This document shows positions 8,709 to 20,605 of a stretch of DNA of 32,000 nt, piece by piece. How positions within the stretch are numbered: position 1 is the stretch's first letter; every line of letters starts with the position of its first letter. Source of the stretch: Pseudothioglobus sp. nBUS_23 (lineage in GTDB: Bacteria > Pseudomonadota > Gammaproteobacteria > PS1 > Pseudothioglobaceae); the NCBI RefSeq assembly GCF_051201565.1, contig NZ_CP179200.1, forward strand, positions 1,050,001 through 1,082,000. Reading direction: 5' to 3'. The position numbers and the translations under genes are program-made. The notes under the pieces are model-generated. The model was given only the letters and a program-made list of their open reading frames with translations, was not told the origin of the DNA and ran no database searches.

Positions 8709-9298
8709 TCTCCTATTATTTTAGAGTCAAAGATTTGACAAAAGAGTTCAGAGGTTTTTTGAGTGTCGTATAGCGCTGAATGAGCCTCATTATTGTCCCA
8801 CTCAATTCCAATTTTAGAAATCGCTTTAGCAAGCACTGTCTCACCACAATACAATGCTGAAAGGCTGACAGTGTCAATTGTTGAGAACTGATGAAATGGA
8901 CTTTTTAGGCCTGCCCTTTTAGTTGCCGCCTTGACAAACCCAAGATCAAAAAAGGCATTGTGACCCACCAAAATAGATCTTGAACACTCCTCAGATTTTA
9001 GCGCTTTATTAATCTCTTCAAATATCTCAGTTAAAGCTCTTTCTTCACTTACGGCTAGTCTGAAAGGGTTGTCTATATCGATACCATTAAACTTGATTGC
9101 TGATGGCTCAATATTAGCCCCCTCAAAAGGTTTGACGTGATAGTGGAGCATTGTCTTTGGATAAAAAGAACCACTTTCATCCATACTGATTATGATGGCG
9201 CAAATTTCTAACAATGCATCAGTCTTTTCATTAAATCCGGATGTTTCAACATCAATGACAACCGGGAGATATCCGCGTATTCTGTCTTTAAGTCGCAT
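8705..9298 (-). CDS. rnt: Ribonuclease T (DEDDh 3'-5' exoribonuclease)
   Basis: 197 aa with LPVVIDVETSGFNEKTDALLEI, HNAFFDLGF and HSALYD (the DEDDh motifs). It is collinear with E. coli RNase T. Confidence 0.93.
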   Translation of the reverse strand: MRLKDRIRGYLPVVIDVETSGFNEKTDALLEICAIIISMDESGSFYPKTMLHYHVKPFEGANIEPSAIKFNGIDIDNPFRLAVSEERALTEIFEEINKALKSEECSRSILVGHNAFFDLGFVKAATKRAGLKSPFHQFSTIDTVSLSALYCGETVLAKAISKIGIEWDNNEAHSALYDTQKTSELFCQIFDSKIIGD

Positions 9299-9336
9299 TA
9301 ATAAGCCTTATTTAAAAACACTATCTTAACAATAGC

Positions 9337-9759
9337 TCAAAGCTTTCTTGAATAAATGATTGAGCTTCTTTCATAATCATAGCTCTTTTGTCTTAACTCG
9401 GGAAGAGAAGATAATTTCGTCTCCTTAAAATCAAACCTAAAAAAGAACCTACCACCATACTTCGATAATGCAAAAATTGAGATTAGCTCCATATTGGTAG
9501 CTTTGTCTATTAATAATTGCATTAATTTTGAAGAAGTATCAGTATTATGAAAACTCTTATTTACAACCAAAGCATAAATTTCGCCTACCTTTTCTTGTTC
9601 GTAGACCTTTAAACCAGCACAAGCAATGACTTGATTTTCATTTTCAATAACAACAAAGTCATCTATACATTCGCTGATAGTCTCAGCGCTTCTTGGGAGG
9701 AGCCTGCCTTCCTCTATGAATGGCTCCATTAGTTTGATAATTTGGTTGGCCTTACTCAA
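9337..9759 (-). CDS. Small GNAT-fold protein resembling the C-terminal N-acetyltransferase domain of ArgA (N-acetylglutamate synthase)
   Basis: 140 aa. The stretch IIKLMEPFIEEGRLLPRSAETISECIDDFVVIENENQVIACAGL and the tail LPELRQKSYDYERSSIIY resemble the ArgA NAT domain. The ORF-track start is TTG at 9759 (AAGG 7 nt upstream), and the first ATG is at 9729. Confidence 0.6.
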   Translation of the reverse strand: MSKANQIIKLMEPFIEEGRLLPRSAETISECIDDFVVIENENQVIACAGLKVYEQEKVGEIYALVVNKSFHNTDTSSKLMQLLIDKATNMELISIFALSKYGGRFFFRFDFKETKLSSLPELRQKSYDYERSSIIYSRKL

Positions 9760-9772
9760 CTTATAGCCTTAA

Positions 9773-9801
9773 TTGACATTAGAAGCGGGTTATTTTAGTC
9801 T
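9773..9801 (+). promoter_or_regulatory. Candidate sigma70 promoter for ilvD
   Basis: TTGACA lies at 9773-9778, followed by a 17-bp spacer and TAGTCT at 9796-9801 (T1, A2 and T6 conserved), 32 nt upstream of the ilvD ATG. Confidence 0.35.
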
Positions 9802-9833
9802 AAAATTTATATTTTTTTGCTAATTTAAAAGTC

Positions 9834-11498
9834 ATGTCGAACTCTAGAAAATATTCATCAGTTGTAATTGATGGTTACGAGCGCGCCGCATCTCGGGCAA
9901 TGCTCTACCCAGTAGGCTTCAAAAAAGAAGATTTTAAAAAGCCTCAGGTTGGGATTGCTTCAACTTGGTCTATGGTAACCCCATGTAACATGCATATTAA
10001 TGATTTGGCGAGTGAAGCTGAAAAGGGAGTCAATAGTGCTGGTGGTAAAGGCGTTATTTTTAACACTATTACCATATCTGATGGTATTTCAATGGGATCT
10101 GAAGGAATGAAATACTCCCTAGTCTCGAGAGAGGTTATAGCAGACTCAATAGAAACTGTAACGTCGTGCCAAGGTTTTGATGGTGTAGTTGCTATTGGTG
10201 GTTGCGACAAAAATATGCCAGGTTGCGTGATGGGTCTTGCAAGACTTAATCGCCCTTCAGTTTTCGTATATGGAGGCACTATTCAGCCAGGTGCAAACCA
10301 TACTGATATTGTTAGCGTTTTCGAAGCGGTTGGAAAGCGAGCGAATAATGATATCAACGACATAGAGTTGGAGCAGATTGAGTCTCAAGCAATTCCTGAA
10401 CCAGGGTCTTGTGGTGGAATGTATACGGCAAATACTATGGCTTCAGCAATCGAGGCATTGGGTATGAGCCTTCCAAATTCATCCGCGCAGGATGCAATTT
10501 CTGATGACAAAAATAATGACTGTTCAAGAGCTGGAGAGGCAGTTCTAAACCTTCTCGAAAAAGACATTAAGCCTAGTGATATCATGACTAAGGAGGCGTT
10601 TGAAAATGCGATCACTTTGATTATCACCTTGGGCGGCTCGACTAATGCCGTACTTCATTTGATTGCTATGGCAGATGCCATTAATGTTGACCTTTCTATT
10701 GATGACTTTACAAGGATCGGTGCCAATGTTCCTGTTTTGGCTGACCTTAAACCTTCAGGCAAATATATGATGAGTGAGCTGGTTCAAATTGGAGGTACAC
10801 TACCTTTAATGAAAATGCTTTTAGATGCTGGCATGCTTCATGGAAAATGCTTGACGGTGACTGGCAAAACACTCGCTGAAAACTTAAAGGGTGTCAAGCC
10901 ATATGAGTCTAATCAAGAAATAATTATGCCTCTAGATAATCCTATCAAAAAGGATTCACACTTAAGAATTTTAAGAGGTAATCTTGCTACCGATGGAGCT
11001 GTTGCTAAAATTACAGGAAAGGAAGGGTTAACCTTTAGAGGTAGTGCCAAAACCTTTGCCTGTGAGGAGGATGCTCTTCAGGCAATCTTAAAGGATCAGA
11101 TCGTTGAGGGTGATGTCATCGTGATTCGCTATGAAGGACCCAAAGGTGGGCCTGGAATGAGAGAAATGTTGGCGCCAACTTCCGCAGTTATGGGCAAAGG
11201 ACTAGGGGGCAAAGTTGCACTCATAACCGATGGAAGATTCTCGGGCGGAACCCATGGCTTTGTAGTGGGACACATTACACCCGAAGCCTATACTGGTGGA
11301 GCTTTAGCAATTATTGAGGATGGCGATGAAATTCTTATTGATGCTGAAAGTAATCGACTCGAGCTGATAGTGGACGAATCAATCATTAGCGATAGACTTT
11401 CTAACTGGAAGCAGCCAGAGCCAAGATACACTAAAGGTGTTTTAGCCAAGTATGGAAAACTAGCTCAGTCAGCTTCACGTGGTGCAATTACAGAGTAG
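9834..11498 (+). CDS. ilvD: Dihydroxy-acid dehydratase
   Basis: 554 aa with IlvD/Edd family motifs [33 protein letters not shown] and [12 protein letters not shown]. Confidence 0.93.
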   Translation: MSNSRKYSSVVIDGYERAASRAMLYPVGFKKEDFKKPQVGIASTWSMVTPCNMHINDLASEAEKGVNSAGGKGVIFNTITISDGISMGSEGMKYSLVSREVIADSIETVTSCQGFDGVVAIGGCDKNMPGCVMGLARLNRPSVFVYGGTIQPGANHTDIVSVFEAVGKRANNDINDIELEQIESQAIPEPGSCGGMYTANTMASAIEALGMSLPNSSAQDAISDDKNNDCSRAGEAVLNLLEKDIKPSDIMTKEAFENAITLIITLGGSTNAVLHLIAMADAINVDLSIDDFTRIGANVPVLADLKPSGKYMMSELVQIGGTLPLMKMLLDAGMLHGKCLTVTGKTLAENLKGVKPYESNQEIIMPLDNPIKKDSHLRILRGNLATDGAVAKITGKEGLTFRGSAKTFACEEDALQAILKDQIVEGDVIVIRYEGPKGGPGMREMLAPTSAVMGKGLGGKVALITDGRFSGGTHGFVVGHITPEAYTGGALAIIEDGDEILIDAESNRLELIVDESIISDRLSNWKQPEPRYTKGVLAKYGKLAQSASRGAITE

Positions 11499-11499
11499 T

Positions 11500-13617
11500 T
11501 TATTTAGAAACTGGGACAAACTCAATTTTTCTATCATCAAGGTTGACTGACGCCACTTTGACTTTGATCAAGTCTCCAAGTCGGTAGATTCTTCCTCCTC
11601 TTTGACCCTTGAGTTGATGGTGAACATCATCATAGATAAAGTAGTCCTCTTTAAGGTCACGAACACTAATTAAGCCTTCAACGAATATTTCTGTCAGCTC
11701 TACAAATAGTCCAAAGCCAGCAACTCCTGAAATAACACCATTAAAGCATTCACCTACCTTGTCTCTCATGTACTCGCATTTAAGCCATTGTTCAACGTCT
11801 CTAGAGGCGTCATCAGCTCTTCTTTCTGTCATAGACAGGTGAGCGCCGAGTTCAACCATTTTATTAGAACGTTCTCGATGTTTATTAGAGAGCGCCCTCT
11901 TGATTGCTCTGTGTACCAGCAAATCAGGATAGCGACGAATGGGAGAGGTAAAGTGAGCATAGTCTTCGAAGGCTAATCCAAAATGGCCCTCATTATTTGG
12001 TGTATAGGTAGCCTGCTTCATTGTCCTTAGAACTACTGTCTTTATAATATTTTCATCCTCTCTTCCAGATGCGTTTTTAAGTAATTTAGCAAAATCACTT
12101 GATTCTGGCTCAAGGCCGCCATCCAGTCTGAGATCTATAGCAGTAAGGAATTGCCTAGTTATCTCAACCTTCTCAGGCGTTGGCTTTGGATGAACCCTGT
12201 AGAGAAAATCTTCATTTTCTTTTTGGAGGTATTTTGCCGCAGCTTGATTCGCCATGAGCATGCACTCTTCAATTAAGCGGTGTGCATCATTTCTTTTTCG
12301 AGCAACAATGTTTTCAATTTTTCCTTGATCATCAAAGAGAATTTGGCTTTCTATTCTATCAAAATCCATAACACCTCTCTTTTGTCTTGAGATTCTGAGT
12401 GTTTGGTAAAGCCCATACAAAAAATCAATGTTATTTTCAATTTTTTTGTATTTTTTTCTGAGCTTACTTTTTTTATTCTCTAGCATCTCATTAACCTCTG
12501 TGTAGGTTAATCGAGCATGAGAAAGCATCACTGCTGAATAAAACTTATACTCAAGAAGAGAGCCTAATGAGTCAATCTCCATTTCACAGACCATGCAGAG
12601 CCTTTCTAATTCAGGATTAAGTGAGCAGAGACCATTAGAAATAGATTCTGGAAGCATTGGAACTACTCGATGCGGGAAGTATACTGAATTACCTCTCTCC
12701 AGTGATTCAGCATCTAACTGAGAGCCCTCTTTGACGTAATGTGAAACGTCTGCAATTGCAACCATTAACTTCCAACCATTTTTCGATGGAATCGCGTACA
12801 CCGCATCATCGAAGTCTCGTGAATCTTCACCGTCTATCGTTACTAGCTCAAGGTGAGTTATATCAACTCTTCCTTTTTTATCTTTTGTTAGAACCTTGTT
12901 AGGAAGTTTTGCAGACTCTTCAAGGGCCTTATCTCCAAAAATGGCGGGGATTTCATGGCGATGAATTGCTGAATCCACTTCGACCCCCTCATCTAGATAG
13001 TTGCCAATAATTGAGGTGATTCTGCCTGATGCATTTTTTTCAAGGGTTGGAGAGTTCAGCACCTCAACTACAACGACTTGATTGTCTGCACAGCCCTCTA
13101 TCAGCTCTACAATATCAATCTCGTGCTTAATTCTTCTATCATCAACTACCACATAACACTCGTCTTGATTAATATTAAGACGGCCCACTAAAGTTTTAAC
13201 TGTTTGAGTAACTTGAACAATTTCAGCATCAAGCTTTCGATTCAAAAGACGAACCTTAACCTTATCGCCATGAAAGACCAACTTCATTTGTTGACTTGAA
13301 AGCCTTAGATCTTTTCCGCCTTTATCAAGAGAGACAAATCCAAAACCTTTGGGGTTGGCAATTACAGTTCCAGATATCAGACCCCTATTGGAGAAAGGGC
13401 GATATACACCGTTTTTGTTACAGCTAAGCTGTTTGTCGCGAACCATTGCTCTCAGGCGTCTCTCAAAGGCTTTTTTTTGTTCATCCTCTATCGAAAGGAG
13501 CTCGAAGAGTTGCCGCTTACTTTTGGGTCTTTTTTGAATAAAACTTAAAATATGTTCTCGAGACGGAATCGGGCTCTCATATTTTTCCGCTTCACGAAGA
13601 TAGTGAGGGTCTGACAT
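11500..13617 (-). CDS. rnr: Ribonuclease R
   Basis: 705 aa with an N-terminal HTH/cold-shock region, an RNB catalytic domain (DGEDSRDFDDAVYA, ...FTSPIRRYPDLLVHR) and a C-terminal S1 domain (GVISGVAGFGLFVEL). Confidence 0.95.
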   Translation of the reverse strand: MSDPHYLREAEKYESPIPSREHILSFIQKRPKSKRQLFELLSIEDEQKKAFERRLRAMVRDKQLSCNKNGVYRPFSNRGLISGTVIANPKGFGFVSLDKGGKDLRLSSQQMKLVFHGDKVKVRLLNRKLDAEIVQVTQTVKTLVGRLNINQDECYVVVDDRRIKHEIDIVELIEGCADNQVVVVEVLNSPTLEKNASGRITSIIGNYLDEGVEVDSAIHRHEIPAIFGDKALEESAKLPNKVLTKDKKGRVDITHLELVTIDGEDSRDFDDAVYAIPSKNGWKLMVAIADVSHYVKEGSQLDAESLERGNSVYFPHRVVPMLPESISNGLCSLNPELERLCMVCEMEIDSLGSLLEYKFYSAVMLSHARLTYTEVNEMLENKKSKLRKKYKKIENNIDFLYGLYQTLRISRQKRGVMDFDRIESQILFDDQGKIENIVARKRNDAHRLIEECMLMANQAAAKYLQKENEDFLYRVHPKPTPEKVEITRQFLTAIDLRLDGGLEPESSDFAKLLKNASGREDENIIKTVVLRTMKQATYTPNNEGHFGLAFEDYAHFTSPIRRYPDLLVHRAIKRALSNKHRERSNKMVELGAHLSMTERRADDASRDVEQWLKCEYMRDKVGECFNGVISGVAGFGLFVELTEIFVEGLISVRDLKEDYFIYDDVHHQLKGQRGGRIYRLGDLIKVKVASVNLDDRKIEFVPVSK

Positions 13618-13656
13618 AATGTGCTAAGTATAAAGCAAGCTTAGTCTTTTTTATAA

Positions 13657-16102
<2,446 letters not shown>

Positions 16103-16111
16103 AACCCTGAA

Positions 16112-16969
16112 TTACTTAGTTGGGTTGAAGTAGCGGAAAAACTCTGATTCTGGGTTGAGAACCAAAATATCACCCTGATCACTGAATGACTTTTTGTAAG
16201 ATTCAAGTGAACGGTAGAATGAGTAAAAGTCACTATCTTGGCTATATGCTTCAGCATAATTGCTTGCAGATATTGCATCGCCCTCACCACGAATCTTCTC
16301 AGAGTCACGATAAGCATTCGCTAAGATAATTGTTCTCTCTTTGTCTGCAAAGGCTTGAATTTTCTCAGCCTCTTCAGCACCCTCTGAACGGAATTTGTTA
16401 GCAATACTTTTTCTTTCAGTCTCCATTCGGCTGTAGACAGAATTTCTAACTTCCTGAGCAAGCTCAATTCGCTTAATACGAACGTCTATAACCTCTATAC
16501 CAAATTCGTCTTCAGCAATTGTTTTAAGTTTCGCTTTAACACTTGCCATGATTGCTTCACGCTCATCTGAAACTACTTCAATAATTGTTCTTTTGGAAAA
16601 CTCAGTTCTTAGTGCGTCCTGATTATTCTGCGCTAGTCTCAAGTTGGCAGACGCCATAGCACCGCCAGTCGAAATATAGAACTTCTCAGTATCAACGATT
16701 CTCCATTTAACGTATGAGTCAACAACCACGTTTTTCTTCTCAACCGTTAGGAATGACTCAGCAGCTGAATCTAAAGTTTGTATACGTTTATCAAACGAGA
16801 CTACATTGTTGACAAAAGGAGTCTTAAACTTCAGTCCAGGTTTATTTTCAACTGAGACAATCTCACCCAGTCTAAGTTTAATAGCTACCTGAGTTTCATT
16901 AACCGTATAGAGGCTTGATGATAGAAGGATAGCGCCCAAGATAGCCAATACTATAATTATTCTTTTCAT
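16112..16969 (-). CDS. hflC: Protease modulator HflC (SPFH/band 7)
   Basis: 285 aa with an N-terminal anchor (IIIVLAILGAILLSSSLY) and an SPFH domain. Its ATG shares one nt with the hflK stop (TAATG). Confidence 0.93.
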   Translation of the reverse strand: MKRIIIVLAILGAILLSSSLYTVNETQVAIKLRLGEIVSVENKPGLKFKTPFVNNVVSFDKRIQTLDSAAESFLTVEKKNVVVDSYVKWRIVDTEKFYISTGGAMASANLRLAQNNQDALRTEFSKRTIIEVVSDEREAIMASVKAKLKTIAEDEFGIEVIDVRIKRIELAQEVRNSVYSRMETERKSIANKFRSEGAEEAEKIQAFADKERTIILANAYRDSEKIRGEGDAISASNYAEAYSQDSDFYSFYRSLESYKKSFSDQGDILVLNPESEFFRYFNPTK

Positions 16970-18099
16970 TATCTATTCTCCCTTGAACGCAGTACCCCTT
17001 GGTTATTTGAACTTCCTGATGGAGTTTGCTGAAATGAATTCGTTGAAGATGATGATTTAGGTGTCTTTGATGAGTTAATCAACTGATCAATAGGCAAGTA
17101 CATCATTGAGTTTGAACTTGAATCAACAATAACCTTATTAGTCGTACTTAAAACTTCTTCTAATGTTTCCCTGTAAAGTCGCTCCCTTGTCACTTCAGGA
17201 GCTTTTGTATACTCGGTTAGTATTTGATTAAAACGATAGGCCTCACCTTCAGACTTTGAAACTACTTCTGACTTATATGCTTCGGCCTCTGCAAGAAGTC
17301 TCTGGCTCGCTCCTCGAGCCTTTGGAACAATATCATTCGCATAGGCTCTGGCCTCGTTAATGTATCGCTGTTCATCTTCACGTGCCTTAACAACATCATC
17401 AAATGCTGCTTTCAGTTGAACTGGTGGCTGTGCGTCCTGCATAGTAACAGCAGTAATCATGAGTCCAGTATTGTACTCGTTGAGTAATGCTTGAGAAGCA
17501 ACTTTCACTTCTTGAGCAACCTGCTCTCGACCAGTTGTTAGAACATAATCCATTGTATTATCACCCACAACTTGTCTAATAACACTTTGAACCACATGAC
17601 TAAGTGTCAATTCAGGTTGAAATACATTAAACAGGAATGCCTGGGCGTCTGCAACTTTATATTGGACAGCCAACTTAACGTCAACCATATTTTCATCCTT
17701 GGTCAGCATGAGCGATTCTGAGCTAACTCCACCACCATAGGAATTTTGAACATTTCTAAAGCCAATTTCTGCAGAACGAATCTGCTCAACATTTATCTTA
17801 TATACCGACTCAATTGGGTAAGGAATGTGCCAGTGAGGGCCTTGGGTTGCTGAGGTTTGAAAAGCACCAAATCGAAGCACTACTCCTCTTTCTGCAGGGT
17901 CAACAATATATATACCAGTTGCTAGCCAAACAATAAAAGCCAGTATAAAAATATACTTAAAACTGCCTTTAGCCGCCTTACTTGCACCAGAGTTACCTGA
18001 GGATTTGCCTCCAAAGGTTGAGTTAAATTTATTTTTAAAGTCTTTGATAACTTCATCTAACTCAGGTGGTGTTTGATTGTTGTTATCATTCCAAGCCAT
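16969..18099 (-). CDS. hflK: Protease modulator HflK (SPFH/band 7)
   Basis: The ORF-track start (18126) is a GTG extension. The ATG at 18099 gives MAWNDNNNQTPPELDEV, the conserved HflK N-terminus, and is preceded by GGAG 5 nt upstream. Confidence 0.92.
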   Translation of the reverse strand: MAWNDNNNQTPPELDEVIKDFKNKFNSTFGGKSSGNSGASKAAKGSFKYIFILAFIVWLATGIYIVDPAERGVVLRFGAFQTSATQGPHWHIPYPIESVYKINVEQIRSAEIGFRNVQNSYGGGVSSESLMLTKDENMVDVKLAVQYKVADAQAFLFNVFQPELTLSHVVQSVIRQVVGDNTMDYVLTTGREQVAQEVKVASQALLNEYNTGLMITAVTMQDAQPPVQLKAAFDDVVKAREDEQRYINEARAYANDIVPKARGASQRLLAEAEAYKSEVVSKSEGEAYRFNQILTEYTKAPEVTRERLYRETLEEVLSTTNKVIVDSSSNSMMYLPIDQLINSSKTPKSSSSTNSFQQTPSGSSNNQGVLRSRENR

Positions 18100-18311
18100 T
18101 TGGGCTCCATTTTTATTATTACTCACGCAGTATCCTTAGAATAAAATTAAGTTAAAAAGAAAGATATGGTCATATTTGAAAAAAACAAGGTGTAGAAGTA
18201 CTAAAAAAACTTCACTAAACCAAAAAAAATCATTTTACCCATAAATACAATTCAAAATACATTTTAAGATTTCAAATAAACATTCAAAATCAGAGTATTT
18301 TTTAAATCACT

Positions 18312-18317
18312 TATAAT
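18312..18317 (+). promoter_or_regulatory. Candidate -10 box for lptD
   Basis: TATAAT lies at 18312-18317, 35 nt upstream of the lptD ATG. There is no good -35 at 16-18 bp; the nearest TTCAAA is 22 bp away. Confidence 0.25.
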
Positions 18318-18352
18318 GATAAAATGTAGTTTTCTTATGGCTATGTAAAAAT

Positions 18353-20605
18353 ATGAAGAAATTTTTAATCTTTTTAGTTTTAATTTTTAGCCACCTTTCC
18401 TCTTTTGCTAACGGTGTTAATCTGAGTTGCGCACTTGATCAAAGTTCGTGTGACCGTTGCCCTGAATATCAAACAATTTTTCCTGTTGAAAAATTTTCAG
18501 AAAGTACTGGTGCACTTGATATAGAAGCTGATCAAAGTGAGATTATTGAAGATAAATATCTTCTTTCTGGAAACGTTGAAGTCAATTCACAGAATTTATT
18601 TCTGTCAGCAAATGATGTTGAGGTTTCATCAACTGATAGCTCAATTTTAGCCACAGGTAATGTTAAATTTCAGGATGAATCTTATTTGATTACCAGTGAT
18701 TACCTTTCTGCAGCAAGCGATGAGAACAATCTTATTGCAACAGCAACAAATGCAAATTATCAGGACTACGCTGCAGGCCTGAAAGGAGCAAATGGATACA
18801 CTGAGATAATAGAAAAAACGCCAACTACTGTTCTTCTTACAAACTCTACTTACAGCCTGTGTCCTGTAAATCAAAATGACTGGTTAATAGATGCAGATGA
18901 GATAGAACTTAACCTTGAAAAAAATCGTGGATATGCAGATAATGCAACCATAAAATTTTATGGTGTTCCTATTTTTTACACTCCAAAACATAGCTGGGTT
19001 TTGTCCGGACGAGGTTCGGGCTTTCTAACTCCAGACTATTCAACCTATAATGAAACTGGTCAAAATAAAGATGCTTATAGCTTAAGAGTACCCTACTATG
19101 TTAACTTAGCCCCCGATCGTGATCTTCTTTTAGCTCTAACTTATATGTCCAGCAGAGGAATGACATACGAAGGCAAATATCGACAACTAATTGCTCCAAA
19201 GTTATCACCTGATTATAATGACTCGCTACTATCCTTAGAAGTAAAGTATCTGCCTGAAGATGATATTACTGGTCTTAAAAGATGGCTTATTAATTTTTCT
19301 GAAGAATTGGATTTATCTGATAAAGTTCATTTAAGTGCAAATTACTATCGAGTTTCAGATTCAAAATATTTTGAAGAAATTGCAAGAACCAATACAAATG
19401 TTAGCACTCTAAAGTCATCTTTAAAATACTCATTTCAAAACAAAGAAGAAGACCTTTCACTTTCTCTTATGACAGAAGATGAGCAAGTCGTGAATTCTGG
19501 AACACCAGAATACACAAGAGCACTAGAGGGAACAGCTTCAAAAACTTTCAATTCAAATAGCAAAATGCCATTAAAAGTTGACTTAGTAAGTACACGCTTT
19601 GCCCATGATAATTCTATAAAAGAATCAGGCACAAGAACTCATGGAAGTATTGGAATTTCAAGAGAACTGAACATTAAATATCCTAAAGTAACTCCGAGAG
19701 CAAGTGTAGCTATCACAAACTATTCACTAAAAAACAATCCAAATATAAATAGAACGATTTTTGGTTCTGGCCTTGATATTGACTTTACAACTATCAAAAA
19801 CAGCACTTTATTTGGCTATAAAGCAACCCATCAGATTAGTCCATTAATTACCTATAACTATAGAGCTAAAAAAGTTCAAGGAAATATACCACTGTTTGAT
19901 AGTACTGATAAGTATGATGATATTATTAGTTTTGCTGACCTTACATCGGGCGAAAGATATACAGGTCTAGATAGAATAACTAATGCTAATGACATTACGT
20001 TAAGCTTAGAGTCGACCTACAGAAAGGATGGCGCCCTAAAAGATGATAAAGATTTACTTAGCATGAAGATTGCACAAACTTACTATACAGATGACGAAGT
20101 AGTAAGTGATACAGTGAGCACTAACTACGAAACAAGAAAATCATACTCTGACATAGCAGCTTCAATTGATATGGCAGTTAATAACTTTTCATTTAGCTCA
20201 GCTGCTCAATTTAATCCAGATGAATCAAAAATAGTAAAAAAAGAAAATACGATAACGTATAGTCCTTCATCAAGAAAGTTTGTGACTATGAGTTTTATCG
20301 ACGAAGGATCAAAAGAGATTGAAAAATTTTATGGAGCATACCCTCTTACTGACTCAGTTCATGTATTTGGTGGCCTAGAAAAAACAACATCCACAGGTGT
20401 TAGAAATGCAGAAACAACAGGAATTGCTTATGAGTCATGCTGCTGGGCATTTAGACTTGCCCATTTTAAAAATGACAACTCATCTGGGGGATACAACTAT
20501 AGCACTGGAATGGAGTTGGTTCTTACGGGACTTGGCTCAACCTCTTCTCCCCTAAGGGATAAAATCGAAAATAAGATACCAGGATATTCTGCAAAACTTA
20601 GATAA
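18353..20605 (+). CDS. lptD: LPS-assembly outer membrane protein LptD
   Basis: 750 aa with a signal peptide (MKKFLIFLVLIFSHLSSFA) and an OstA-like N-domain. A large beta-barrel region follows, with Cys residues near the N-terminus and a C-terminal CC pair (YESCCWAF) as in E. coli LptD. surA follows it. Confidence 0.92.
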   Translation: MKKFLIFLVLIFSHLSSFANGVNLSCALDQSSCDRCPEYQTIFPVEKFSESTGALDIEADQSEIIEDKYLLSGNVEVNSQNLFLSANDVEVSSTDSSILATGNVKFQDESYLITSDYLSAASDENNLIATATNANYQDYAAGLKGANGYTEIIEKTPTTVLLTNSTYSLCPVNQNDWLIDADEIELNLEKNRGYADNATIKFYGVPIFYTPKHSWVLSGRGSGFLTPDYSTYNETGQNKDAYSLRVPYYVNLAPDRDLLLALTYMSSRGMTYEGKYRQLIAPKLSPDYNDSLLSLEVKYLPEDDITGLKRWLINFSEELDLSDKVHLSANYYRVSDSKYFEEIARTNTNVSTLKSSLKYSFQNKEEDLSLSLMTEDEQVVNSGTPEYTRALEGTASKTFNSNSKMPLKVDLVSTRFAHDNSIKESGTRTHGSIGISRELNIKYPKVTPRASVAITNYSLKNNPNINRTIFGSGLDIDFTTIKNSTLFGYKATHQISPLITYNYRAKKVQGNIPLFDSTDKYDDIISFADLTSGERYTGLDRITNANDITLSLESTYRKDGALKDDKDLLSMKIAQTYYTDDEVVSDTVSTNYETRKSYSDIAASIDMAVNNFSFSSAAQFNPDESKIVKKENTITYSPSSRKFVTMSFIDEGSKEIEKFYGAYPLTDSVHVFGGLEKTTSTGVRNAETTGIAYESCCWAFRLAHFKNDNSSGGYNYSTGMELVLTGLGSTSSPLRDKIENKIPGYSAKLR

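Noticed and set aside
9944-10279. 111-aa minus-strand ORF, the longest unassigned ORF, together with the 80-aa ORF at 10385-10627.
   Set aside because: Both lie entirely antisense within the highly conserved ilvD. They resemble no family and have the Pro/Ser/Ile-rich composition typical of shadow frames.
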